Shown piece after piece: positions 44,647 through 55,464 of a DNA stretch of 64,000 nucleotides (positions within the stretch are counted from its first letter, which is position 1; each line of letters starts with the position of its first letter). The position numbers were made by a program, and so were the translations under genes. Location of the stretch: the NCBI GenBank assembly GCA_038253125.1, contig JBBSHM010000001.1, forward strand, positions 28,094 to 92,093, written 5' to 3'. The DNA is from Acidimicrobiales bacterium. Lineage in GTDB: Bacteria > Actinomycetota > Acidimicrobiia > Acidimicrobiales > JAUJNH01. The notes beneath the pieces were generated by a model, which saw nothing but the letters and a program-made list of their open reading frames with translations, was not told where the DNA came from and ran no database searches.

Positions 44647-45671
44647 ACGATCCCTGGAGCGATCAGACCGAGCCCGACGGCGTGCCTGACGGCGAGGCCG
44701 ACCCGGCGGTGACCGCCGCCCTGGCTTCGATGGCGCCGCCCTCGCACGGCTACGGCTTCTGGGCCACCGTCGAGGCCCGTCTGCCGCCGGGCCCGGCGGC
44801 CGGAGCCCTGCCCCCGGCGACGGCCGGCGAGCCCCCCCGGACGCCCGGAGCGCCGCCCCCGACGGAGCCGCCGTACCCGCCTCTGTCAGCGGGGGAGCCG
44901 GGGTTGGCCGAGCTCTCCCCGGCTCCACGACGAGGGCCGGCAGGCTGGTGGGTTGCTGCCGCCGTTGCCGCCGGTCTGGTCGTGGTCGCCGCCGCCGCAG
45001 CCATCATCATCCGCCCGGGAAGCACCGCCGTTGCCACCAGGCCGGTCGCCGCCGACGTGCCGCAAACCTCGACGACGTTCGTCATCCCGCTTGTCACCAC
45101 CGTGCCGTCGGTTACGACGACGACGACGGCGGCGGCGCCGTCGACGACGACCGTGTTCCCCGTCAGCCCGCCCCGCACGACGGCACCCACCACCGCACCA
45201 GCCCGCACCACAACGACGGCCAGGCTCGCCAGCCTCACCCTCTCACCCGACGGCCTGGGACCGCTCCACCTCGGGATGACCCCCCAGGAGGCCACGGCCA
45301 CAGGAGCAGTCGGCCCCTTCCAGCCCTCCGAGATCAACCCGGCCAGCGGGTGCGGTTCCGCCAGCCCGGCCAGCGCCTACCAGTCCGGCGACTTCTCCAC
45401 CCTGTTCCTGAACGGCCGGCTGGCCCGCATCTATGTCAGCGCCGGCAGCCGCCTGCGCACGCCCCAGGGGATCGTCGTCGGCACCGCCCTGTCCCGCCTG
45501 GCCACCGTGCCTGGCACCCGTACCGAGAGCCCTGAGCCCTACGGCGCCGGCACCAACGTAGACATCCTGACCGGCGACACCGGCTACCAGTTCACCGTCG
45601 AGAACGGAGTCGTGACCACCTGGTCGGTCGGCACCAAGGCCGGCCTGGATACCCCCGAAGGCTGCGCCTGA
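44643..45671 (+). CDS. single-pass membrane protein, candidate cognate anti-sigma factor
   Basis: ATGA overlap with the sigma gene. Cytoplasmic N-terminus, TM helix WWVAAAVAAGLVVVAAAAAIII, Thr/Pro-rich linker, and a C-terminal globular domain with two Cys. No zinc-anti-sigma HxxxCxxC motif. Confidence 0.5.
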   Translation: MNDPWSDQTEPDGVPDGEADPAVTAALASMAPPSHGYGFWATVEARLPPGPAAGALPPATAGEPPRTPGAPPPTEPPYPPLSAGEPGLAELSPAPRRGPAGWWVAAAVAAGLVVVAAAAAIIIRPGSTAVATRPVAADVPQTSTTFVIPLVTTVPSVTTTTTAAAPSTTTVFPVSPPRTTAPTTAPARTTTTARLASLTLSPDGLGPLHLGMTPQEATATGAVGPFQPSEINPASGCGSASPASAYQSGDFSTLFLNGRLARIYVSAGSRLRTPQGIVVGTALSRLATVPGTRTESPEPYGAGTNVDILTGDTGYQFTVENGVVTTWSVGTKAGLDTPEGCA

Positions 45672-45748
45672 GTCATCTGACCGGTGGTGTGGTCAGAGGT
45701 TGAGGTAGGCGGCGCTGCTGACCACGGCGCGGTGGCGGTTTCCTCTAA

Positions 45749-47478
<1,730 letters not shown>

Positions 47479-47522
47479 GGCCGTCGAGTCGCTAATACCG
47501 TCTGCTCGGGCTCCTTGCCAGA

Positions 47523-48809
47523 TCACAACGTTGCCGTCCGTTGGGCCAGTTCGTGGAGTACAGCGGCGCCTTGGTCGGTCAGGACGCGGACGTGGGCCAG
47601 GACGGCGGCTGTGGCGGCGTCTCGGGCGGTGAGGGCGGTTCGGCCTTCGGCGCCGCGGCGGGCGACGACGTGGCGGCAGCGTTCGCCGGCCGCTTCCCAG
47701 GCGGTGCACAGGGCCAGTGACCAGGCCACCGACGGCAGGTGCCCGAGTGCGGCTTCCAGGGGTTCCACGGCGGCGGGCTCGGCGTCGGCGACGGCGCCTT
47801 GAAGCGCCTCGTCGAGGGCGTCGAGGCGCCCGCTCGCCGCCGGTGCTCCGAGGGCCTTGACGACCAGGGCGTGAAACGTGCGCTCCTCGTGGGTGAGGCG
47901 CCGCCAACGCTCCAGGGCGTCGGGCCCGAGCGCCTCGACCAGCGGCACCAGGCGCTGGAACGCGCCGGTGGTGGCGGCGGTCCACAGCACCTGGCCGGGC
48001 TGGTCGGGACGGTGGTGGTGTGCCGCCTCGACCAGAACCTCGCCGGCTCGACCCTCCTCGCCGGCACAGCCCCAGGTGACGTCGTGCAGGTCGCGCCCGA
48101 CGGCGTAGGCCGACTCGAGGTCCACGATGGCGGCCCGGGGCGTCGCTTCGAGGCGCTCGACGGCGCCCAGCACGGCGTGGCCCACGGCTTCCAGGACGGC
48201 GGTCGCGTCGGTCGGCGGGTCCGGCAGATCCCGCAGCGCGGCGGCCTCGAACGCGGCACCGGCGGCGTCGAGCTCGTAGGGCAGCCACTGCCGGAGGACC
48301 AGGCCCAGCACGGCGCGGCGGCGCACATCCTCCAACGCCTCGTCGCCGCCCGAGGCGCCGGCCGCCGCCTCCCGGGCCCGGCGGGCCCCGACCGGGTCGC
48401 CGGCCCGGTCATAGGCCGAGCCCACCGCCTCGGCCAATCCGTTCAGCGCCCGGGATCGTCCCCTGCCCTCGGGAGCGGGATGGGTAACGGCGGCTGGTGC
48501 GGTAGGGGCGTCGACGGGGAGGAGGTCGGCGTCACCCAGGCCCACCTGCCGCAGGCCGGCGACCATCGCCTGCACCACGGCGTCGGCCTGGGCCTGGTCC
48601 TTGGTCGCGTCCACCACCAGCTCTCCCACCCACGGCTCGACGTAGCGCCACTGCACCCCTGACTCCATCTCGGCCTCGACCGCGGCGGCCGCCGCCTTCA
48701 GCGCCGCTTCGAGGAGGGGCTGGCGCACGGCAGACCGCACCGACACCCGGCTCGGGCCGGGGCGGCGCCCGAGGGCGGCCACCAGATCAGGATGGATGCG
48801 GAAGGGCAA
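47523..48809 (-). CDS. hypothetical Ala-rich helical protein (428 aa)
   Basis: Long ORF with very high GC3 in this frame. The opposite-strand ORF (47739..48662) has the G/R/V/H/Q-rich look of a shadow ORF. No family recognised. Confidence 0.5.
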   Translation of the reverse strand: MPFRIHPDLVAALGRRPGPSRVSVRSAVRQPLLEAALKAAAAAVEAEMESGVQWRYVEPWVGELVVDATKDQAQADAVVQAMVAGLRQVGLGDADLLPVDAPTAPAAVTHPAPEGRGRSRALNGLAEAVGSAYDRAGDPVGARRAREAAAGASGGDEALEDVRRRAVLGLVLRQWLPYELDAAGAAFEAAALRDLPDPPTDATAVLEAVGHAVLGAVERLEATPRAAIVDLESAYAVGRDLHDVTWGCAGEEGRAGEVLVEAAHHHRPDQPGQVLWTAATTGAFQRLVPLVEALGPDALERWRRLTHEERTFHALVVKALGAPAASGRLDALDEALQGAVADAEPAAVEPLEAALGHLPSVAWSLALCTAWEAAGERCRHVVARRGAEGRTALTARDAATAAVLAHVRVLTDQGAAVLHELAQRTATL

Positions 48810-48883
48810 CGGGCCTCCTGAGCCGGGCCGGCTCCACTGGCCGGGCGTTCCACGGTAGGTGGGCGGCTGGCAGGCTCTCGGTC

Positions 48884-49387
48884 GTGGAGGACGGTGCGAC
48901 GCCGGACCCGGGCGTCGTAGAAGCTGTCGCCCGGCTGCTCGGCCGGCAGCCTCAGGGGGCGTTTACCGTCGTGGTGCGCGACCCGCACGGCCGACCGGTG
49001 GTGATCCGCAACCACCCCCTGCTCCACGACGGCACGCCCATGCCGACGCGCCACTGGCTGGTGGGCGAGTTCGAGCGCAGGGCTGTCTCCCGGCTCGAAG
49101 CTGCCGGTGGGGTGGCGCGGGCCGAGGCCGACGTGCCCGCCGACGCCCTAGCCGCCGCCCACCGCCGTGCCGCCGCCGAGCGGGAGTCGGCCCTGCCCGC
49201 AGGGTGGAAGGGCCCTCGACCCTCCGGTGGCGTCGGCGGCACCCGGATCGGGGTGAAGTGCCTGCACTGCCACTACGCCGACTTCCTCGCCGGCACCGGA
49301 GATCCGGTCGGACGATGGGTGGCCGACCGGCTGGCGGAGGGGCCGCCCAGCCCGCCTCGGTCCGATTTTCGTGACAGGGCGCGCTGA
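48884..49387 (+). CDS. DUF501 domain protein
   Basis: VVIRNHPLLHDGTPMPTRHWLVG...VKCLHCHYADFLAG matches the DUF501 pattern, and its position before ppx is conserved. Confidence 0.8.
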   Translation: MEDGATPDPGVVEAVARLLGRQPQGAFTVVVRDPHGRPVVIRNHPLLHDGTPMPTRHWLVGEFERRAVSRLEAAGGVARAEADVPADALAAAHRRAAAERESALPAGWKGPRPSGGVGGTRIGVKCLHCHYADFLAGTGDPVGRWVADRLAEGPPSPPRSDFRDRAR

Positions 49388-49440
49388 CCTCGGCGAGGCG
49401 TGGTCCGGGCTCGTCGTCGTTGCCCCGGTAGGTTGCGGGC

Positions 49441-50352
49441 GTGGGCTCCGTGGCCGCCGTCGACTGCGGGACTAACTCCACCCGGCTCCTCGTCCTCGAC
49501 GGCGCCGGAAAGACCGTCGAGCGGCTCATGCGGATCACCCGGCTCGGTCAGGGGGTGGACGCCGACCGTCGGCTGCGGCCCGAGGCCATCGACAGGGTGG
49601 CGGCGGTCCTGGGCGAGTACCGCCTGGTCATCGAGCGCCACGGGGTCGAGCGGGTGCGGGCGGTGGCCACCTCGGCGGCACGCGACGCCGTCAACGCCGA
49701 CGAGCTCCTCGACGCCGCCGAGGCGGCCCTCGGCACCCGGCCCGAGCTGCTCGACGGCCTCGAGGAGGGCCGGCTCGCCTTCGAGGGCGCCACCGCCGGC
49801 CTCGACCCCGGCGGCCCGCCGATGCTCGTCGCCGACATCGGAGGCGGCTCTACCGAGCTGATCGTCGGAGTCCCCAGCACCGAGCCGCCCGGCGTCGTCA
49901 GCCTGGACGTCGGGTGCGTCAGGATCACCGAGCGGTGGATCGAGCACGACCCGCCACGGCCCGAGGAGCTGGCCAACGCCCTGGGCGAGGTGCACGACGC
50001 CCTGGAGGACGCCGACCGGCAGCTTCCAGCGCTGGTATCGGCTGAGCGCTTCGTCGGCCTCGCCGGCACCGTCAGCACCGTCGCCGCCCTCGACCTCGGG
50101 CTCGAAACCTACGACTCCGACCTCGTCCATCACCACGTGCTGGAGCGCGACACGGTCGAGGACTGGTTCCGCACCATGGCGATGGGCGACCGCCGGGACC
50201 GCCTGGGCAACCCGGGGCTGGAGGAGGGACGGGCTGACGTAATCGTCGGGGGGCTGTGCGTGCTGGTCGCCATCTTCCGCCACCGGGGCTTCGGCTCGTG
50301 CCTGGTCAGCGAGGCGGACATCCTCGACGGCCTCTGCGCCTCGCTGCGCTGA
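49441..50352 (+). CDS. ppx: Ppx/GppA-family exopolyphosphatase
   Basis: VAAVDCGTNSTRLLV, RAVATSAARDA, VADIGGGSTEL. Confidence 0.85.
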   Translation: MGSVAAVDCGTNSTRLLVLDGAGKTVERLMRITRLGQGVDADRRLRPEAIDRVAAVLGEYRLVIERHGVERVRAVATSAARDAVNADELLDAAEAALGTRPELLDGLEEGRLAFEGATAGLDPGGPPMLVADIGGGSTELIVGVPSTEPPGVVSLDVGCVRITERWIEHDPPRPEELANALGEVHDALEDADRQLPALVSAERFVGLAGTVSTVAALDLGLETYDSDLVHHHVLERDTVEDWFRTMAMGDRRDRLGNPGLEEGRADVIVGGLCVLVAIFRHRGFGSCLVSEADILDGLCASLR

Positions 50353-50451
50353 CAAGGCGGATTCGCCAACAGGCATCTTCGCTGGCAGCCCGATCTCGGC
50401 GCCCTCGCGACGCTGCCCCTCGCAGGAATCGTCCGGACCCGGCCCGGGGCG

Positions 50452-51084
50452 GTGCTGACTAGCGTCGATGACCTCATGGCGATCCTCGAGCGCTCCCTCG
50501 AGCTGCGGGGGCGGCGGGTCACGCTGCGGCCCCTGACCCCGGCCGACTGGGACCGGTGGCGCCAGGTCCGCATCCAGGGTCGGGACTGGCTGGTGAAGTG
50601 GGAGCCGGCGCCGCTGCCGGGCAGCCCCGACCCGGCCGATGACCGGCGCGTGTTCACGGCCCGGTGCGGGGCCCGGGACCGAGAGCGCCAGCTGGGCACC
50701 GGCTTCGGGTTCGGCATCTTCGTCGGCGAACGGTTCTGCGGCGAGATCAACCTCTCCGGCATCCAGCGGGGCCCGTTCCAGAACGGCTACGTGGGCTACT
50801 GGATCGACCAGGGGTGCGCCGGCCAGGGCTACACCCCCGAGGCGGTGGTCACCCTGTTCCGCTTCGCCTTCGAGGAGCTGCACCTCCACCGGATGCAGGT
50901 CGCCATCATCCCCCGCAACGAGGCGTCCAACCGGGTGGCCCAGAAGCTGAACCTCCGCAACGAGGGGACGGCGCTGCGCTACCTGGAGATCAACGGCGTT
51001 TGGGAGGACCACTACCGCTACGCCATGACGGTCGAGGACTGGTGGGAACGGCGGGCCCGCCTGCTGGACGACTGGGTTCGCTGA
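50452..51084 (+). CDS. GNAT N-acetyltransferase (RimJ/RimL-like)
   Basis: VTLRPLTPADW..., GYWIDQGCAGQGYTPEAV, LHRMQVAIIPRNEASNRVAQKLNLRNEG. Confidence 0.8.
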   Translation: MLTSVDDLMAILERSLELRGRRVTLRPLTPADWDRWRQVRIQGRDWLVKWEPAPLPGSPDPADDRRVFTARCGARDRERQLGTGFGFGIFVGERFCGEINLSGIQRGPFQNGYVGYWIDQGCAGQGYTPEAVVTLFRFAFEELHLHRMQVAIIPRNEASNRVAQKLNLRNEGTALRYLEINGVWEDHYRYAMTVEDWWERRARLLDDWVR

Positions 51085-51128
51085 GCAGACTGCCGTAGCA
51101 GCCTCTGGGTCAGAGCGACCAAGCTCCG

Positions 51129-51443
51129 CTAATCCAGGACGAAGACCTCGTCGAGCCGCGTGAGGCGCAGCACCCGGACCAGCTGGGTGCCGGCACTGCG
51201 CAGGTGAAGCGCTCCCCCTGCGTCCCTCAGGCGCCGCGATGCGCCGACCAGCGTGCCAAGGCCCTGGGAATCGATGAACCGGAGGTCGGCGCAGTCGAGG
51301 GTTATCGACGTGGCGCCCTGGTCGATCAGGCTGTGAAGGGCAGCGCCGACCCGGGGGGCCGTACCTGCATCCAGCTCTCCGTCGATGAACACCAGCGGGC
51401 CACCGCCGTCAGGCTCGGCTCCGGGTTCCACGATCAGGCTCAC
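51129..51443 (-). CDS. STAS-domain anti-sigma-factor antagonist
   Basis: ITLDCADLRFIDSQGLGTLVGASRRLRDAGGALHL...RVLRLTRLDEVFVL, with the conserved phosphorylatable DSQG context. Confidence 0.8.
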   Translation of the reverse strand: MSLIVEPGAEPDGGGPLVFIDGELDAGTAPRVGAALHSLIDQGATSITLDCADLRFIDSQGLGTLVGASRRLRDAGGALHLRSAGTQLVRVLRLTRLDEVFVLD

Positions 51444-51555
51444 CTGCGACCTCCAAGCCCCCGGCGTAGGCGCTGGCGGCCAGCCCCGCCTGTTCCCGCA
51501 ACCGTTCTCCCCCGACCCAGGCCCTTCCGCCCGGTCTTCAGCTGCCTGTTCACGG

Positions 51556-51786
51556 CTACCTGCTGACGGCCACGAGGAGCACGATGACCAGCACGATCAC
51601 GCACACCACCGGGAACACGATCCACAGGCCGGCAGCCTTGGTGATCTCGGCGCTCTCCGCCGGGTCCTCGGTCACGGCGGCGTCACGGCCTCGGGCCGGC
51701 GTGCTGGTCGTGGCCGAGCCCGGATGCCGGCTCGGGTCGTGCGAGATCCGGGTGTCCTGTTCGTCGTCGCCTTCGGGGTCGCCCAT
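51556..51786 (-). CDS. small tail-anchored membrane protein (76 aa)
   Basis: Acidic N-terminal half followed by a TM helix (GLWIVFPVVCVIVLVIVLLVAV). Located between the STAS gene and the divergent sigma operon. Confidence 0.4.
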   Translation of the reverse strand: MGDPEGDDEQDTRISHDPSRHPGSATTSTPARGRDAAVTEDPAESAEITKAAGLWIVFPVVCVIVLVIVLLVAVSR

Positions 51787-51902
51787 GTTCCCCGTTTACC
51801 CGGTGAGGCCAGGCCCGAAGCATCGCCAGGCATGGCGACAGCGTGGGGTTGGGTAGGTCCGACGGTGCCGCTGGTGCCGACCCGGCTTGGCGAGGAGTTG
51901 AC

Positions 51903-52295
51903 GTGGCTGAAGGTCAGAGCATCCAGCAGAGGACGGGGCCGGTCGAGTTGACCGTCCCGGCGCAGAGCGAGCACCTCCGGGTGCTTCGCCTGGTCACATC
52001 CAGCGTGGCGGCCAGCCTCGAGCTCGACGTCGACCAGCTCGACGACCTGCGCATCGCCATCGACGAGTTGTGCAGCCTGCTGATCGAGCACGCCGAGAAT
52101 GGAGCCCGGCTGCGCCTGTCGCTGGTCGGCCACCTCAAGCACCTGGTCGCTGAGGGGTGCATCATCGACCACGGGCCCACCGCGACCGTGGACAACATCA
52201 GCCGGCTGATACTCGACGGACTCGACATCGGGTGGAGCATCGACCAGGAGGCTGCGTCGTTCCAGCTGGTGGCCCCGCGCCCCGAGGCGCCATGA
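51903..52295 (+). CDS. RsbW-like anti-sigma protein with degenerate HATPase motifs
   Basis: GTG 51903 preceded by gaggag. VELTVPAQSEHLRVLRLVTSSVAASLELDVDQLDDLRIAIDELCSLLIEHA has an RsbW-like layout but lacks the N-box Asn. ATGA overlap with the sigma gene. Confidence 0.55.
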   Translation: MAEGQSIQQRTGPVELTVPAQSEHLRVLRLVTSSVAASLELDVDQLDDLRIAIDELCSLLIEHAENGARLRLSLVGHLKHLVAEGCIIDHGPTATVDNISRLILDGLDIGWSIDQEAASFQLVAPRPEAP

Positions 52296-53041
52296 CCACC
52301 CCGGACACCGCCCACGAGCGCGAGCTGTTCGCCCGCTTCAAGGACACCGGCGACCGGTCGATCCGCAACGAGCTGGCCGAGCGCCACCGGGGTCTGGCCA
52401 TCACGCTGGCCCGTCGCTTCAACGGCCGCGGCGAGCCGCTCGACGACCTGCTCCAGGTGGCCATGATCGCCGTGCTCCGGGCCATCGAGCGGTTCGAGCC
52501 CGAGCGGGGGAACTCCTTCACCACCTTCGCCACCCCGACGGTGCTGGGCGAGCTGCGACGTCACTTCCGTGACCACACGTGGGCGCTCAAGGTCCCAAGG
52601 CCCATAAAGGACCTCCACCTGCGGGTGCGCCCGGCGGTGGCCGAGCTGCGAGACGACTTCGGCCGGGCGCCCACGGTGCCTGAGCTGGCCGAGCACCTCG
52701 GCTGCGCCCAGGACGACGTGATCCAGGCGCTGGAGGTGAGCGCCGCCTACCGGCCGACGTCGATCCACGCCCCCTCGGCCAACGGGGAGCGGTTGAGCCT
52801 CGAGGACCGCCTGGCGAGCGATGGCGACCCGCTGCACTCCTTCGAGGTTGTCCAGACCGTGCGCTCGCTGATGGAGCGCCTGCCCGACCGGGAGCGCACG
52901 GTGCTCCACCTGCGCTTCTACGAGGAGCTGAGCCAGTCCGAGATCGCCGACCGGGTCGGCCTCAGCCAGATGCACGTGTCTCGGATCCTGAGGGCGACCC
53001 TCGAGCGCCTGAGCCACCTTCCCGGTGTGAAGGACGGGTAG
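52292..53041 (+). CDS. SigB/SigF-type (group 3) RNA polymerase sigma factor
   Basis: PLDDLLQVAMIAVLRAIERFEPERGNSFTTFATPTVLGELRRHFRD; region 4 LPDRERTVLHLRFYEELSQSEIADRVGLSQMHVSRIL. Confidence 0.85.
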   Translation: MTTPDTAHERELFARFKDTGDRSIRNELAERHRGLAITLARRFNGRGEPLDDLLQVAMIAVLRAIERFEPERGNSFTTFATPTVLGELRRHFRDHTWALKVPRPIKDLHLRVRPAVAELRDDFGRAPTVPELAEHLGCAQDDVIQALEVSAAYRPTSIHAPSANGERLSLEDRLASDGDPLHSFEVVQTVRSLMERLPDRERTVLHLRFYEELSQSEIADRVGLSQMHVSRILRATLERLSHLPGVKDG

Positions 53042-53055
53042 CGGAGGCCGATGAG

Positions 53056-53496
53056 ATGAGCCCGTCAGAGACCATGGAGATGGATCTTCCTGCCGTGCCG
53101 AGCAGCGTCTCGGCGGCCCGCCACGCCGTGGCCGCGCTGCTCTACGGCTCGGCCGAGCTGCCCCACCGCGTGATCGAGGATGTCCTGCTGCTCGTCTCTG
53201 AGCTGGTCACCAACGCGGTGCTCCACGCCCGCACCGACACCCAGGTCACGGCCCGGGTCAACGACCGGTGCATCTCGGTGTCGGTGAGCGACCGTGACCC
53301 CCTCCACGAGCCGGTACTGGCCGGACGAGGTTCCAGGGCCACGAGCGGCCGGGGGATCATGCTGGTCGACGCCATCTCCACGTCATGGGGCGTGGAGCTG
53401 CGCGCCGGCGGCAAGGTCGTGTGGTTCCAGGCCTCGTACGATCCCGTCGATCCCGTCGATCCCGTGGAAGGCGTCGCCGCCAGGCAACCGGGATGA
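53056..53496 (+). CDS. HATPase_c-type anti-sigma regulatory kinase (RsbW-like)
   Basis: N-box LLVSELVTNAVLHA, VSVSDRDP, and G2-like SGRGIMLVDAIS. Confidence 0.75.
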   Translation: MSPSETMEMDLPAVPSSVSAARHAVAALLYGSAELPHRVIEDVLLLVSELVTNAVLHARTDTQVTARVNDRCISVSVSDRDPLHEPVLAGRGSRATSGRGIMLVDAISTSWGVELRAGGKVVWFQASYDPVDPVDPVEGVAARQPG

Positions 53497-53677
53497 TCAG
53501 CACGGCTGGTCGTTTCCGGCCTCGGCCACTCCCCTTGGACCGGCGCCGAGCCTGATCGGAGACAGCTTCGCCCCGATCGCCGAGAAGCCCCTGGCCGACC
53601 TCGTCACCTGGCCCGACCAGCACCGCGGGTGACCAGAGGCCGAGCGGTCCTGCCGCCCGCAGGCTAGGAACGGGTCC

Positions 53678-55318
53678 ATGCACGAAAGGTGGTACAAGCA
53701 GGCCGTCGTCTACTGCCTCGACGTCGCCACGTTCCAGGACTCCAACGGCGACGGCATAGGTGACTTCGCCGGCCTCACCAGCCGTCTGGACTACCTGGCC
53801 CGGCTGGGGGTCACGTGCCTGTGGCTGAACCCCATCCACCCCGGCCCCGACCGCGATGACGGCTACGACGTGGCGGACTTCTACGGCGTCGACCCCCGTC
53901 TCGGCTCGCTCGGCGACTTCGCCGAGCTGGTCCACCAGGCCGAAAACCGCGGGCTGCGGATCATGATCGACCTCGTCGTCAACCACACCTCTGACGAGCA
54001 CCCCTGGTTCACCTCGGCCCGGTCCGACCCGGCTTCGCCCTACCGGGACTGGTACGTGTGGTCAAAGGACGAGCCGTCGGACCGGGCCCAGGGCGTGGTC
54101 TTCCCGGGCGTGCAGCGCGAGACCTGGACCTTCGACGAGGAGGCGGGGGCCTGGTACTACCACCGGTTCTACGACTTCCAGCCCGACCTGAACATGGCCA
54201 ACCCGCAGGTGCGGGCCGAGGTCCGCAAGATCATGGCCTTCTGGCTGCAGCTCGGCGTCGCCGGCTTTCGGATGGACGCCGCCCCGTTCATCATCGAGCT
54301 GACCGAGCCCAACCAGGCCCAGCCTCGCAAGGACTTCGACTACCTGCGCGAGTTCCGTGAGCTGGCGTCGTGGCGGCGGGGCGACGCCGTCATCCTGGCC
54401 GAGGCCAACGTCGAGCGCGACGAGCTGGTCGAGTACTTCGGCGCTGGCGACCGCCTGCCGATGCTCTTCAACTTCGCGTTGAACCAGCGCCAGTTCCTGG
54501 CCATGGCCCGGGCCGACGCGTCGCCCATCAGGTCTGCGCTGGAGGCGACGCCGACGATCCCGGATTCGTGCCAGTGGGCCACGTTCCTGCGCAACCACGA
54601 CGAGATCGACCTCGGGCGGCTCAGCGAGCGCGAGCGAGCCGACTGCTTCGCCGCCTTTGGGCCCGAGGAGGACATGCAGCTGTATGGGCGGGGGATCCGC
54701 CGCCGGCTGGCGCCGATGCTCGGCAACGACCGGCGCCGCATCGAGATGGCCTACAGCCTGCAGTTCACCCTGCCCGGCACCCCGGTGCTGCGCTACGGCG
54801 AGGAGATCGGCATGGGTGACGACCTCTCGCTGAAGGAGCGCGACGCCATACGCACGCCGATGCAGTGGACGAGCGGGTCCAACGCCGGGTTCTCAACGGC
54901 GCCGGCCGAGGCGCTCAGCCGACCGGTGATCAGCGGAGGCGAGTTCGGCCATGAGACGCTCAGCGTGGAGGCGCAGCGCCACGACCCGAGCTCACTGCTG
55001 CACTGGATGGACCGGATGCTGCACACCCTGCGCGAGTGCCCCGAATTCGGCGTCGGCACGTGCACCCCGGTCGACACCGGCGACGCCGCCGTCCTCGCCC
55101 TGCACCACGAGGCGCCGGGCGGGGTGGTTCTCGCCCTGCACAACCTGTCCGACCGCAAGCGCACCGTGGACCTCGGCGCCCAGCCCGGCCAGGAGGGCGA
55201 GCCGCTGGAGATGTTCTCCGACCGCCGCTACCCGGCGGTGGGTCCCGACCTGCAGGACGTGGAGCTGGCCGGCTACGGCTACCGCTGGATCCGCCTGCGG
55301 GAGACCCCCGGCCGCTGA
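53678..55318 (+). CDS. GH13 alpha-amylase-family enzyme (trehalose synthase / alpha-glucosidase-like)
   Basis: WYKQAVVYCLDVATFQDSNGDGIGDFAGL, DDGYDVADFYGVDPRLG, IMIDLVVNHTSDEHPWF, GFRMDAAPF, EANV, FLRNHDE. Confidence 0.85.
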   Translation: MHERWYKQAVVYCLDVATFQDSNGDGIGDFAGLTSRLDYLARLGVTCLWLNPIHPGPDRDDGYDVADFYGVDPRLGSLGDFAELVHQAENRGLRIMIDLVVNHTSDEHPWFTSARSDPASPYRDWYVWSKDEPSDRAQGVVFPGVQRETWTFDEEAGAWYYHRFYDFQPDLNMANPQVRAEVRKIMAFWLQLGVAGFRMDAAPFIIELTEPNQAQPRKDFDYLREFRELASWRRGDAVILAEANVERDELVEYFGAGDRLPMLFNFALNQRQFLAMARADASPIRSALEATPTIPDSCQWATFLRNHDEIDLGRLSERERADCFAAFGPEEDMQLYGRGIRRRLAPMLGNDRRRIEMAYSLQFTLPGTPVLRYGEEIGMGDDLSLKERDAIRTPMQWTSGSNAGFSTAPAEALSRPVISGGEFGHETLSVEAQRHDPSSLLHWMDRMLHTLRECPEFGVGTCTPVDTGDAAVLALHHEAPGGVVLALHNLSDRKRTVDLGAQPGQEGEPLEMFSDRRYPAVGPDLQDVELAGYGYRWIRLRETPGR

Positions 55319-55464
55319 GCCTGCCCGATGGCCGGCCCAGCGCTGCGCCTGGCGGCAAGGCCATGTCTTCCCGAGACTTGCCCATTTCTGGTCCCCAGAG
55401 GGTGCATGAGTGGGCGCTCTTCGGCCGCCGTGGCCTCGGGCTCGGCGGGCGCCTCGGGGTCAGC

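Noticed and set aside
51787-51902. SigF/SigB-type promoter (GTTT-N15-17-GGGTA) upstream of the anti-sigma/sigma operon.
   Set aside because: A GGGTAG is present at 51851, but there is no suitably spaced GTTT -35 element, so the call is not supportable by eye.
53440-53466. Triple 9-nt repeat gatcccgtc.
   Set aside because: It is in frame and encodes PVDPVDPV at the C-terminal tail of the RsbW-like kinase. This is trivial low-complexity coding sequence.
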